Shown here one piece after another: positions 8,603 through 17,583 of a DNA stretch of 34,589 bases (its first letter is position 1; each line of letters opens with the position of its first letter). A model generated the notes under the pieces. The model saw nothing but the letters and a program-made list of their open reading frames with translations. It was not told where the DNA came from and searched no databases. The stretch lies in NCBI GenBank assembly GCA_965648905.1, contig CBFGIT010000027.1:1-34589 (forward strand). The letters are read 5' to 3'. Source of the stretch: a candidate division WOR-3 bacterium. GTDB taxonomy: Bacteria; Hydrothermota; Tepidihabitantia; Tepidihabitantales; Tepidihabitantaceae. The position numbers and the translations under genes are program-made.

Positions 8603-10329
8603 AGAACCAGGAACTGTCGCGCCTGTTCAGCCGAATCGCTGATGCACTTGAAATCAAGGGCGAAACCGGTTTCCGCGTGCTCGCGTATCGGCGCGCAGCC
8701 CGAGTCCTTGCTGACCTGACCGACGACGTCGCCGTGCTCGACCAGACCGGCAGTCTCGAACAGGTGCCCGGCATCGGCCCGGGGATTGCGAGGAAGATTC
8801 GGGAGTTCCTTGCCACCGGCCGGATGAAGAAATACGACGAGTCTGTCGCCGGATTGCCGCCGGGTTTGTTTGACCTGCTCGACCTTCAGGGCATCGGCCC
8901 CAAGACCGTCAAGCTCCTCTACGAGCAGCTTGGCGTCTCCGACCGACAGATGCTTCAGGCCGCAGTCGAAAGCGGCAAGTTCGCGGCCCTGCCCGGCATG
9001 GGCGAAAAGAAGGCTGCAAACGTCATCCAGGCCTTGAGAGCCGGCCGGACAACCGGCGAGCGGATGTATCTGGACGAGGCATTCGAGCTGGCCGAGTCGG
9101 TCGTGGAGCACCTCTTGAGCGCGCCGGGCGTGCGCCAGGTCAGCTATGGCGGCTCCCTACGCCGGGGCTGCGAAACCATCGGCGACATCGACATACTCGC
9201 CACCGGCACGAAACCCGAGCGGATAATCGAGCACTTCCTCGCTCATCCGTCGATGCGACAGCAGTTAGGTGCCGGCCAGACCAGAGCATCAGCCCGGTTC
9301 GAGATTCGAGGCCGCGAGCGCCAGGTGGACCTGCGCGTAGTCCGGGACCATCTTTACGGCGCGGCCCTTCAGTACTTCACCGGCTCGAAGGAACACAACG
9401 TCGCGGTGCGCGCGCTGGCCCAGAAAAACGGGCTCAAACTGTCTGAGTACGGCCTCTTTCGTGGCAGCCGCCGTATCGCCGGTCGAACCGAAACCGAGGT
9501 GTACCAGACCCTGGGACTGCCGTACATCGAACCCGAACTGCGCGAAAACCGGGGCGAGCTCGAGGCCGCAGCAAGAGGCGAACTGCCCGAACTCGTGACG
9601 ACCGCCGACATGAAGTCCGACCTTCACATTCACACCAACCTGTCAGACGGCACGGCCACTTTCGACGAACTGGTTGCCGCAGCCCGCAATCGCGGCTACA
9701 CCCACGTCGCGTTTGCCGACCACTCGGTTTCGGCCCACTACGCCGGCGGTCGGTCAGCCGAGCAACTGCTCCGCCACTGCGACGCGGTCGACGAGTTCAA
9801 CCGGCGCTCACCAAGGTTCAAGGTTCTCAAATCCAGCGAAGTCGATATCACTCCGGACGGACGGCTCGACTTCCCTGACGTAGTGCTGGCGCGGCTCGAC
9901 TTCGTGATTGCATCAGTCCATCAGGCCTTCAAGAAAGACGTAACTCATCGGGTCTGCGACGCACTGGCTCATCCCTTGGTCCACTGCATCGGCCATCCGT
10001 CAGGCCGGCTCATCGGCCAGCGACCAGGCTACGACATCGACCTTGAAAAGGTAATAGAGACCGCGGCAAAGCACCGTAAAATACTGGAAATCAACTCGTT
10101 CTACGCTCGACTCGACCTGAGCGATGTCTGGGCCCGCAAGGCCGGCGAGGCAGGCGTCAAGGTCGCCATCAACACCGACGCTCATGCGGTGAACGACCTG
10201 GACTGGATGCGGTTCGGTCTGCTTGTCGCTCGCCGTGCCTGGCTGGAGAAGAAGGACGTGGTCAACACCATGTCCTTCAGTCAGCTTCTCAGGTTTCTTT
10301 CTACCATCAGAAATCAGACCACTGGCTGA
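8599..10329 (+). CDS. polX: DNA polymerase X with PHP domain
   Basis: GTG start overlapping upstream TGA; FR..AYR, GSLRR..ETIGDID, QVDLR, YFTGSKEHN; PHP motifs DLHIHT..SDG and NTDAH. Confidence 0.95.
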   Translation: MKNQELSRLFSRIADALEIKGETGFRVLAYRRAARVLADLTDDVAVLDQTGSLEQVPGIGPGIARKIREFLATGRMKKYDESVAGLPPGLFDLLDLQGIGPKTVKLLYEQLGVSDRQMLQAAVESGKFAALPGMGEKKAANVIQALRAGRTTGERMYLDEAFELAESVVEHLLSAPGVRQVSYGGSLRRGCETIGDIDILATGTKPERIIEHFLAHPSMRQQLGAGQTRASARFEIRGRERQVDLRVVRDHLYGAALQYFTGSKEHNVAVRALAQKNGLKLSEYGLFRGSRRIAGRTETEVYQTLGLPYIEPELRENRGELEAAARGELPELVTTADMKSDLHIHTNLSDGTATFDELVAAARNRGYTHVAFADHSVSAHYAGGRSAEQLLRHCDAVDEFNRRSPRFKVLKSSEVDITPDGRLDFPDVVLARLDFVIASVHQAFKKDVTHRVCDALAHPLVHCIGHPSGRLIGQRPGYDIDLEKVIETAAKHRKILEINSFYARLDLSDVWARKAGEAGVKVAINTDAHAVNDLDWMRFGLLVARRAWLEKKDVVNTMSFSQLLRFLSTIRNQTTG

Positions 10330-10331
10330 TG

Positions 10332-11213
10332 TCAGCTCAGTGCGCGGACGTAGTCACGGAAAGCGGCCTGCAGGCGACGCGTCAGACTGCCAGGCACGCC
10401 CGGTCCAACCGGTCGCTGGTTGAGCCGGATAACCGGGATAACTTCGCCCGTAGTGCAGGCAAGGAACACCTCATCGATTTCCGCAAGGTCCGCCTCCCTT
10501 ATCGGCGTCTGGTCAACGGCGATGCCGAGTGACGTGCACAGGTTGAGAACCACGGCGCGCGTAATGCCGGCAAGAATCCGCGTATCGGCCGGATGAGTCA
10601 CGACGGTCCCGTTCCTCACGCCGAATACGCTCGTGTGTGCGCCTTCAGTTACAAGGCCGTTCCGGACAAACACCGCCTCGTCGGCCTGCTGTTCCTGTGC
10701 CGCGAACCGGGCCAGGACGTTCGGCAGCAGGCCGATCGCCTTGACGTCACACCGAGTCCAGCGTGTGTCGGGCACGGTAATGACCGAGACGCCGCTCTCC
10801 TGCGCCCGCACATCCGGCTCAATCCGATAGACGCCGACATACACTGTCGGCCGGACCGGTTCTTCAGGCCTGGGGCCGAATCGTGGCAGTACGCCGCGGG
10901 TGACTTGAATGTAGACAACTGCGTCGCCTTCGGTCAACCGGTTCTTCCTTATCAGCTCGAATCCGATTCTTTCAAGCCGGTCAAGCTTGTCGAGTTCAAT
11001 TCGCACTGCGGCCAGGCTGTGCCGAAACCGAGCAAAGTGCTCTTCAGGATGAAATAGCCTGCCTGAGTAACTTCTGATGACCTCGTAGACACCGTCGCCG
11101 AGCTGAAATCCCCGGTCTTCAGGCGAAATCACCACCCGGTCCAGAGGCAGAACCGCACCCTCAGGCAGACTGCGGGTCTGGAAATAGGCAAGACCGAAGT
11201 CAGATTGACGCAT
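10332..11213 (-). CDS. dat: PLP-dependent class IV aminotransferase (D-amino-acid aminotransferase-like)
   Basis: EDRGF.LGDGVYE, YIQVTRG, RW.RCDVK (PLP Lys), LLPNVL, ILAGITR. Confidence 0.85.
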   Translation of the reverse strand: MRQSDFGLAYFQTRSLPEGAVLPLDRVVISPEDRGFQLGDGVYEVIRSYSGRLFHPEEHFARFRHSLAAVRIELDKLDRLERIGFELIRKNRLTEGDAVVYIQVTRGVLPRFGPRPEEPVRPTVYVGVYRIEPDVRAQESGVSVITVPDTRWTRCDVKAIGLLPNVLARFAAQEQQADEAVFVRNGLVTEGAHTSVFGVRNGTVVTHPADTRILAGITRAVVLNLCTSLGIAVDQTPIREADLAEIDEVFLACTTGEVIPVIRLNQRPVGPGVPGSLTRRLQAAFRDYVRALS

Positions 11214-11222
11214 CGCCGTACG

Positions 11223-11292
11223 ATGTTACGGCTGCTTCCGTACAAGTCAATGATTCGGCTTCGCTTGACAGGGCGGCGGATTCGGGTAGAAG
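11223..11292. promoter_or_regulatory. Divergent promoters for dat (-) and dnaN (+)
   Basis: Minus: TTGACT (11250-11245)-16-TAACAT (11228-11223). Plus: TTGACA (11265-11270)-16-TAGAAG (weak -10). Confidence 0.5.
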
Positions 11293-11330
11293 TATAGTCG
11301 TCGTGCTCCATCTCCCTGAAAGGAGTCTCC

Positions 11331-12425
11331 ATGCGCTGTGAAGTTGAACGAACCGGCTTCACCGAAATGCTCGTCGGCGTGGTCAACGCGCTGCCGAGCA
11401 AGTCCGCCTATCCGGTGCTGCAGAACCTGATTGTCGAGGTCTCGGGAGGCAGGTTGTCAGTGTCCGGAACCGACCTGGACACCTATGTCCGCCGCAACTT
11501 GGTGCTCGAAGGCCCATCTGAAGACGGTCGGGTAATGGTGCCGGGCCGAAAACTGGCGGAAATCGTCCGCGAGACATCGGCCCCGACCCTGACGTTTGCC
11601 AACAAAGACCTGGCTCTGCATCTGAAGGCCGGTAACACCCGGGCGGTGTTCAACGGACTCGACCCGGCCGAGTTTCCCGAAGTCCCGGCCCTGCCTGAAG
11701 GCGTAACCATGGAATTCCCCCTGGCTCAACTGATGGAGCTGTTCGACGCTACTGCATTCGCCGCGTCACGGGACGAAGGCCGACCAGCCATGACCGGCGT
11801 CAACTGGGAAGTAAGTAAGACCGAGACGCGTATGGTCGCCACCGACGGCCACCGGTTGGCAATGGTCACACGCCGGGGCAAGAGTCCGGGCAAGATCAAG
11901 GTGATCGTCGCAACCAAGGTCTTCAACCTGTTCCCGCGGGGCGAGGAGAAGGTGACTGTGCACCTTGACCCATCCAAGGTCGGCTTCGTGTTCCAGAACA
12001 CGACGATAATTGCCCGGGTCATCGAAGGTCCATATCCGGACTACGAACGCGTCATCCCCAAAGACTATCCGGCCCGGGCGATAATCGACCACGAAGTCCT
12101 CTCCGCGTCCCTGCGGCGGGCCATGGTCTTCGCTCATCCGGTCGGCCGGCTCGTGGCCTTCCGCTTCAGCAAAGCCGGACTGAAGCTCGAAGCCGAAGCT
12201 CCCGACCTCGGTCGCAGCGAAGAAGAAGTCGAGTGCGAGTACCAGGGCGAAGAAGTCCGCATTGGATTCAACGTCGGTCTGGTCCTTGAGATAATGCGCC
12301 ATATGGCAACCGACAAGGTCGCCATCGAGCTTTCCAACCCGCTTGCTGCCGGGCTGTTCAAGCCGGTCACGCCCAAGCCCGACACAGACGAGCTCTACCT
12401 GCTCATGCCCATTCGGCTGGACTGA
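11331..12425 (+). CDS. dnaN: DNA polymerase III beta sliding clamp
   Basis: GTDL, R..MTGV, VATDGHRL, EGPYPDYERVIP, IGFN, C-terminal LLMPIRL; AAGGAG SD. Confidence 0.96.
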   Translation: MRCEVERTGFTEMLVGVVNALPSKSAYPVLQNLIVEVSGGRLSVSGTDLDTYVRRNLVLEGPSEDGRVMVPGRKLAEIVRETSAPTLTFANKDLALHLKAGNTRAVFNGLDPAEFPEVPALPEGVTMEFPLAQLMELFDATAFAASRDEGRPAMTGVNWEVSKTETRMVATDGHRLAMVTRRGKSPGKIKVIVATKVFNLFPRGEEKVTVHLDPSKVGFVFQNTTIIARVIEGPYPDYERVIPKDYPARAIIDHEVLSASLRRAMVFAHPVGRLVAFRFSKAGLKLEAEAPDLGRSEEEVECEYQGEEVRIGFNVGLVLEIMRHMATDKVAIELSNPLAAGLFKPVTPKPDTDELYLLMPIRLD

Positions 12426-12431
12426 GGCGCG

Positions 12432-13265
12432 ATGGCACGCCCGAGCCTGGTCTTGATCGCCGGAGCCTGCCTTCTCCTCGGCGCGTGCAAGTTGCGAGAA
12501 GGTAACCCCGAGCTCAACCCCAACTACCGCGAGCCGATGATAAACGGCTGGGTGTACAAGACCGAGTACTGGGACGGCTCGATTGACTACGACAAGAACG
12601 TCGAGGTAGTCGACAACGTCGGATTGCGCATGGTCCCGGTGGTGACGCTCAACGGCCAGCCGCTCGAAATCTACTATTACGGTACGACCACCTTCCGCTA
12701 CGGCGACGAATACTACAACCCGGTCAGGCAGAAGTACGAACTGAACGTCCGTCACTACTGGGGCGAGGCATTCAGCCGGGTCGTGCTGCCCGGCGACTTC
12801 CGTATCACCGGCCCACGGTCGCGTTCGATACTGCATCGGGAATCAACTCTGGTAGCGACCTGGCAGTCGTCGTTCGCCGCTCAGTGGTACTGGGTCGGGA
12901 TCTACTGCGACTACGACTTCTACGATTCGCTGGGCGACTGGGACGACTACACGTTTCAACTCGACACACTGGTCTTCGACACCGTGCTGACCGTCAGCCC
13001 GACGCGCATCTTCCCCGGCTTCGTCGACTCGGTTATCGAAGGCGACGGCTCGGTAATGGTCTGGGCCGGCAACGGCCCGTCAATAGAACCGGGCGACGTC
13101 GGCAACGTGCGCGGGGCCGGGTTCGGGTTCTTCCACGCCATCAACGAGCCCAGCGAGCAGTACTTCTACGTCGTTGCACCGCCGCTGAGCCGACGAACCG
13201 TGAGTCAGCCCACGGCTCGTGCTCGGTTCCAAGCCCTGCTTCAGGCCCGCAGTCCCGCTCGGTAG
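12432..13265 (+). CDS. Hypothetical lipoprotein
   Basis: Lipobox LLGAC; 277 aa, aromatic- and beta-rich; 6 nt after dnaN. Confidence 0.75.
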   Translation: MARPSLVLIAGACLLLGACKLREGNPELNPNYREPMINGWVYKTEYWDGSIDYDKNVEVVDNVGLRMVPVVTLNGQPLEIYYYGTTTFRYGDEYYNPVRQKYELNVRHYWGEAFSRVVLPGDFRITGPRSRSILHRESTLVATWQSSFAAQWYWVGIYCDYDFYDSLGDWDDYTFQLDTLVFDTVLTVSPTRIFPGFVDSVIEGDGSVMVWAGNGPSIEPGDVGNVRGAGFGFFHAINEPSEQYFYVVAPPLSRRTVSQPTARARFQALLQARSPAR

Positions 13266-13280
13266 GACACAGGTCCAACA

Positions 13281-15134
13281 ATCAGACAGTACCGCCTCTC
13301 CCCGGTCCGGTTCCCGAGAGAGACGAGCATCCGGGCCGGGCTGCTCCTGCTTGCGGCACTTGTACTACCCGCCTCGGCCAAGTCCTACCATTACCCTCTG
13401 GTCTCAACCGAGGTCACGCTCGAACCAACCGGCAACGTGCGTATCGTTCAGCAGCGCACCTACCGGTTCGAAGGTCGATTCTCCTGGGCCGACCTTGACC
13501 TGAAGAAGCGCGGCGCGCAGGACATCATGCTCAACCGATTAGCTGAGCTGACCCCGGAAGGCTGGCGCGAGGTCATCCCACTTGAGCTGGAAAGCAGCAG
13601 CCGCTCGCTCTACGTCAAGTGGGACTACTCGGCCGAAGACGAAGAGCGGACCTTCCTGCTCGACTACACCCTGGTCGGTGCGGTTCGACGCTACTCGGAC
13701 GTAGCCGAGTTCTACTGGAAAGTTGTCGAAGACGAACACGAACCCATCGATGAGGTTGTGGTCGCGCTGCAACTACCCGGGCCTTCGCCCGGGCTGTTCA
13801 AGGTCTTCGTTCACTCCGCGGCACGGCCCGGCACACTCACCTTCTCCGACAAGATGGACCGTGCCCGCGTACGCCAGAACGAAATTCCCCGCAACTCCTT
13901 TGTTGAACTCAGGGTGTTGTCCACACCGGCGCTGTTTTCTGAGGCGACGCCGGTCCCGGAGCAACGGTACGCCGCCATCCTCGCGCAGGAGAAGAGGAAC
14001 TTCATCATGTCCGGAGTCCGCAAGTACCTGTTCATCCCGCTCGGGATTGTGCTGACGATAGCTATCCCGCTCGCCCTGCTGCTCGTGCTCTACTTCAGGC
14101 ACGGACGCGAACCAAAGCTCGACTACGAGGCAATCTACGAACACGAGCCACCCCGCGACGCGCCGCCGGTGGCCGTACCGGTCATCATGTACCAGAGCCC
14201 GGACGAGAGCAGCCTGACCCAGCCGCTGTTCCGGGGCATGATGGCAACACTGCTCGACCTCGCCCGCCGGGGCGTGGTGTCGGTGCACGAGGTCAAGCAA
14301 GGACGCAAGAGACAGTACGAGTTCCGGCTCGACCGGCCCGGTGGTGCGGTCACGTCGTTCGACCGGGAGGTGCTCGACTTCTTCTTCCAGCAAGTCGGGG
14401 CCGAAAGCGGCCGGTTCGACGAGAAGATGCTCAAGGACTACGGCACGCGCCATACAAGCGAAACACGACTACTGATTCGTGAGTTACTGCGGCAGGGAAA
14501 AGAATGGTGGGTCGCGCAACTGGGAGCCGAGTTCGTCGAGCGGACCAGCAGCCGGGCATACACCCTTTTTGTCCTCGCCGCCGTAGTTGGTGCGGTACTC
14601 GGCGGTCTGGCAATAGCCTTCGGTGTCCAGGCAATTACCGGCGGGCCGGGCCGGGGCTCGCTGCCATTCGGCTTCACTGTCGCCGGCGCAGCGTGCGTGG
14701 CGTTCGTGCTCATTGGCCGGGCGATTCGCCGCTGGACCCCGGTTGCCTACCTCGAACACAGACGCTGGCACAGGTTCAAGAAGTTCCTTGCCGACTTCTC
14801 GGCCATTGAGCAAGCGCCGGTCAAGCTGCTTGCCATCTGGGAGCAGTACTACGTCTATGCGGTAGCCCTGGGTGTGGCCGATGAGTTCCTGAAACACGTC
14901 GGCAGACTCGCCGAGCAGACTAACACGGCCCTTGTCATGCCGGTCTGGTACCACGGCGCTGCGGTCCAGACCACGGGCCTCTCCTCGTTTGCTGCAGGCA
15001 TGGTCGGGTTCCAGACGTTCGCCTCCAACCTCGGCAGCATGATGCAGTCATTCTCAACCGCGTCATCCTCGGGCGGCGGCTTCTCCGGTGGTGGTGGCGG
15101 TGGTGGCGGTGGCGGCAGCTCGGGCGCAGGCTAG
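13281..15134 (+). CDS. DUF2207-family membrane protein (start probably ATC 13281; first canonical start GTG 13437)
   Basis: Y.DVAEFYWK, ATLLDLARRG, W..FKKFL.DFS, WEQYYVYAVALGVA, Gly-rich tail; signal peptide lies upstream of 13437 in frame. Confidence 0.85.
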   Translation: MRQYRLSPVRFPRETSIRAGLLLLAALVLPASAKSYHYPLVSTEVTLEPTGNVRIVQQRTYRFEGRFSWADLDLKKRGAQDIMLNRLAELTPEGWREVIPLELESSSRSLYVKWDYSAEDEERTFLLDYTLVGAVRRYSDVAEFYWKVVEDEHEPIDEVVVALQLPGPSPGLFKVFVHSAARPGTLTFSDKMDRARVRQNEIPRNSFVELRVLSTPALFSEATPVPEQRYAAILAQEKRNFIMSGVRKYLFIPLGIVLTIAIPLALLLVLYFRHGREPKLDYEAIYEHEPPRDAPPVAVPVIMYQSPDESSLTQPLFRGMMATLLDLARRGVVSVHEVKQGRKRQYEFRLDRPGGAVTSFDREVLDFFFQQVGAESGRFDEKMLKDYGTRHTSETRLLIRELLRQGKEWWVAQLGAEFVERTSSRAYTLFVLAAVVGAVLGGLAIAFGVQAITGGPGRGSLPFGFTVAGAACVAFVLIGRAIRRWTPVAYLEHRRWHRFKKFLADFSAIEQAPVKLLAIWEQYYVYAVALGVADEFLKHVGRLAEQTNTALVMPVWYHGAAVQTTGLSSFAAGMVGFQTFASNLGSMMQSFSTASSSGGGFSGGGGGGGGGGSSGAG

Positions 15135-15166
15135 CGCGCAACCTGACCTTCGAACGACCGACCAGC

Positions 15167-15208
15167 CCTCCATCCTCATTCCTCCCTCCTCCGTCCTCCA
15201 TCCTCAGC
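15167..15208 (+). repeat. Six 7-bp tandem units (CCTCCAT-like)
   Basis: CCTCCAT CCTCATT CCTCCCT CCTCCGT CCTCCAT CCTCAGC. Confidence 0.85.
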
Positions 15209-15214
15209 CTCGGT

Positions 15215-15242
15215 TTGACCCCTGTCCACACCGTGGTATAAT
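15215..15242 (+). promoter_or_regulatory. ssrA promoter (extended -10)
   Basis: TTGACC (15215-15220)-16-TATAAT (15237-15242), preceded by TGn. Confidence 0.8.
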
Positions 15243-15278
15243 GTGGGTGATTGCGACCGGTTCTTCGGGCAACTCATC

Positions 15279-15629
15279 GGGGGCGAACGGCTTCGACGGA
15301 GTGCCTGAGGGGCCCGGGTGCATGGCGAGGTTCCTCGTTCACCTCGTAAATCACGACGAGGAAACACAGCTGCCAATAACAGCTACGCACTGGCTGCCTA
15401 ACCTAAACAGCAGCCCCTTGAACCGCGAGCTCACCCGGCGCGGATTCAGGGTCTACTAGGGTGATTAAGGCTGTGGTCGCGTCTCAGGGCATCAGCCGGA
15501 TTATCACTGGGACTGGTTCTGTTGCGCCCGTCAGTTGGCAAACAACCGGACGAGAAACAAAGGCTGACTAACCATGTAGGTCCTTGGTCCTGAACTCTCC
15601 GGACGCGGGTTCGATTCCCGCCGCCTCCA
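15279..15629 (+). ncRNA. ssrA: tmRNA; tag peptide (A)ANNSYALAA
   Basis: 5' GGGGGCG...TTCGAC pairs with 3' CGCCTCC-A with a G3.U wobble; T-arm GCGGG-TTCGATT-CCCGC; tag reading frame 15372-15401. Confidence 0.97.
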
Positions 15630-15632
15630 TTG

Positions 15633-15657
15633 CCGGCAGCCGCCCAGAGGCTGCCGG
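15633..15657 (+). terminator. Hairpin directly after ssrA
   Basis: CCGGCAGCC-7 nt-GGCTGCCGG; weak U tract. Confidence 0.45.
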
Positions 15658-15719
15658 CTCGGCTTTCAGGCAGAGTGCTCTCCTCCTCGCTCACTCACAA
15701 CACCATCGGGCAGCTCCTT

Positions 15720-15747
15720 TTGACTGACGCTCCTGCCTGGCTATACT
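15720..15747 (+). promoter_or_regulatory. Sigma70-type promoter, near-leaderless
   Basis: TTGACT-16-TATACT, 9 nt before ATG 15757; no SD. Confidence 0.7.
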
Positions 15748-15756
15748 GGCTCGCCC

Positions 15757-16707
15757 ATGCACCGTCGCACGCGTGAAGCGCTGCTCGCCCTGACCTACCT
15801 GTTGCCCGCGCTTGTCATCCTGGCAGTGTTCCGCGTCCTGCCCATAATCCTGTCGGTACGCATGAGCCTGTACGACTGGGGCATGGCGGGCGCGCGCGCG
15901 TTCGTCGGCCTCGGCAACTACCTGGCCGTGCTGCGTGACCCGGTCTTCTGGAAGTCGCTGCTCAACACCGGCTGGTACTGCCTGTTCGAAGTGCCGGTCA
16001 CCCTGTTTCTCTCGCTCTTCATCGCGCTGCTCCTGAACCAGAAGATACGCGGCCTCGGTGTATACCGCACGGTCTACTACCTGCCGGTTGTCACTTCGAT
16101 TGTCGCCGTGTCGGTAGTCTGGCGCTGGATCCTCCAGCCCGACCGCGGCCTCCTGAACTACCTGCTGTCGCTCGCGGGCATCGGTGGGCTGCGCTGGCTA
16201 CAGGACCCGCGCGGCCTGTTTCAGCTCCTGCTCGGACCGCACGGCTCCAGTCTGCCATCGAGTCTGCGCGGGCCGTCGGTCGCGCTGCTCTCGCTCGTAA
16301 TGATGGGTATCTGGAAATCCCTGGGCTACAACATCGTCATTTTCCTGGCCGGACTGCAGAACATCCCGAGGACCTACTACGAGGCCGCGCGCATTGACGG
16401 TGCAGGCAGGTTCCGGACGTTCCGGAACATCACCTGGCCCCTGGTGTCACCTACAACTTACTATGTGCTGATAATGAGCTGCATCGGCGCATTCGAAACC
16501 TTTGCCCAGGTCTGGATCATGACCGGCCCACCCGCGGGCGGGCCCCTGTCCACGACCAAAGTCGTGATGTACTACTTCTACGAGAACGCTTTCGAGCTCT
16601 GGCGCCTGGGGTACGGCGCGGCCATCGCCTTCTTCGCCTTTGTCATCATCCTCACACTCACCCTATTCCAGCGTCTACTGCTCGAAAAACGGGTTCAGTA
16701 TGGATAA
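15757..16707 (+). CDS. Carbohydrate (CUT1) ABC permease, subunit 1
   Basis: FVGL.NY...L.DP.FW.SL.NT, FLAGLQ.IP..YYEAA.IDGA (EAA loop). Confidence 0.93.
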   Translation: MHRRTREALLALTYLLPALVILAVFRVLPIILSVRMSLYDWGMAGARAFVGLGNYLAVLRDPVFWKSLLNTGWYCLFEVPVTLFLSLFIALLLNQKIRGLGVYRTVYYLPVVTSIVAVSVVWRWILQPDRGLLNYLLSLAGIGGLRWLQDPRGLFQLLLGPHGSSLPSSLRGPSVALLSLVMMGIWKSLGYNIVIFLAGLQNIPRTYYEAARIDGAGRFRTFRNITWPLVSPTTYYVLIMSCIGAFETFAQVWIMTGPPAGGPLSTTKVVMYYFYENAFELWRLGYGAAIAFFAFVIILTLTLFQRLLLEKRVQYG

Positions 16708-17569
16708 ACAGAGACTCAAGACCCGACCGTCCGGGCCCTCCGGTTCAGCGATGGCACGCCTGCGTCATCTGCCGATTCATGCCTTGCTTGTGGTGATGGG
16801 GTTGGCCATGGTTCTGCCGTTCTTCTGGATGATATCGACGTCGCTCAAGACCCCGCTTGAGGCCCTCCGGTTCCCTCCGACCTGGGTTCCGAGTGCTCCC
16901 CAGTTCGGCAACTACGCCGAGGTCTTTCGCCAGATACCGCTCTGGCGCTACCTTGCCAACACTGTGCTCGTTGCCCTGCTGTCGCTGGCCGGCGTACTCG
17001 TGACCGGAGTCATGGCCGCCTACGCCTTTGCCCGACTCCGCTTCCCGGGCCGCGAAATGCTGTTCATGGCATTTCTGGCCCTGATGATGATACCGCTGCC
17101 GGTCTATCTCGTACCCAGCTACACTATCCTGTTCCGTCTCGGCTGGATTGACACCTACGCGGCGATGATTGTCCCGTGGGTGGTGAACATCTTTGCCATC
17201 TTCCTGCTCCGTCAGCACATCCGGCAACTGCCTCAGGACCTGTTCGATGCGGCCCGGATTGATGGCTGCTCACCCCTGCGCACCCTGACAACGGTCGTCA
17301 TTCCGCTCTGCAAAGCGCCGATTGTCACGGTCGTGGTCTTCAACATCATCGGGTCCTGGAACTCATTCTTCTGGCCCCTGATTGTCACCAACTCGGACCG
17401 AATCCGACCGCTCCAGGTCGGCCTGGCCTACTTCTCGCGCGAACAGAGCACCAACTACACGCTGCTGATGGCGGCGACGACGCTGGCCATTATTCCGCTG
17501 GTCCTGCTCTTCTTCCTGGCCCAGAAACAGATTATCCAGTCCCAGGCCCGCTCCGGGCTGAAGGAATAG
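16700..17569 (+). CDS. Carbohydrate (CUT1) ABC permease, subunit 2
   Basis: PFFWMISTSLK, AAYAFARL.FPGR, LFDAARIDG, WNSFFWPLI; ATG 16700 overlaps upstream stop. Confidence 0.93.
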   Translation: MDKQRLKTRPSGPSGSAMARLRHLPIHALLVVMGLAMVLPFFWMISTSLKTPLEALRFPPTWVPSAPQFGNYAEVFRQIPLWRYLANTVLVALLSLAGVLVTGVMAAYAFARLRFPGREMLFMAFLALMMIPLPVYLVPSYTILFRLGWIDTYAAMIVPWVVNIFAIFLLRQHIRQLPQDLFDAARIDGCSPLRTLTTVVIPLCKAPIVTVVVFNIIGSWNSFFWPLIVTNSDRIRPLQVGLAYFSREQSTNYTLLMAATTLAIIPLVLLFFLAQKQIIQSQARSGLKE

Positions 17570-17583
17570 CCGGCCGGGCCGGA

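Noticed and set aside
7918..9111. Long antisense ORFs (also 11766-12836, 29709-30488, 31235-32056, 33603-34550)
   Set aside because: Shadow ORFs opposite well-supported genes, expected at high GC; no motifs
15070..15131. GGT/GGC trinucleotide run as a contingency repeat
   Set aside because: Encodes the Gly-rich tail that is normal for DUF2207 proteins
15601..15760. Island or prophage integrated at ssrA
   Set aside because: No integrase and no duplicated ssrA 3' end in the window; housekeeping-style genes follow
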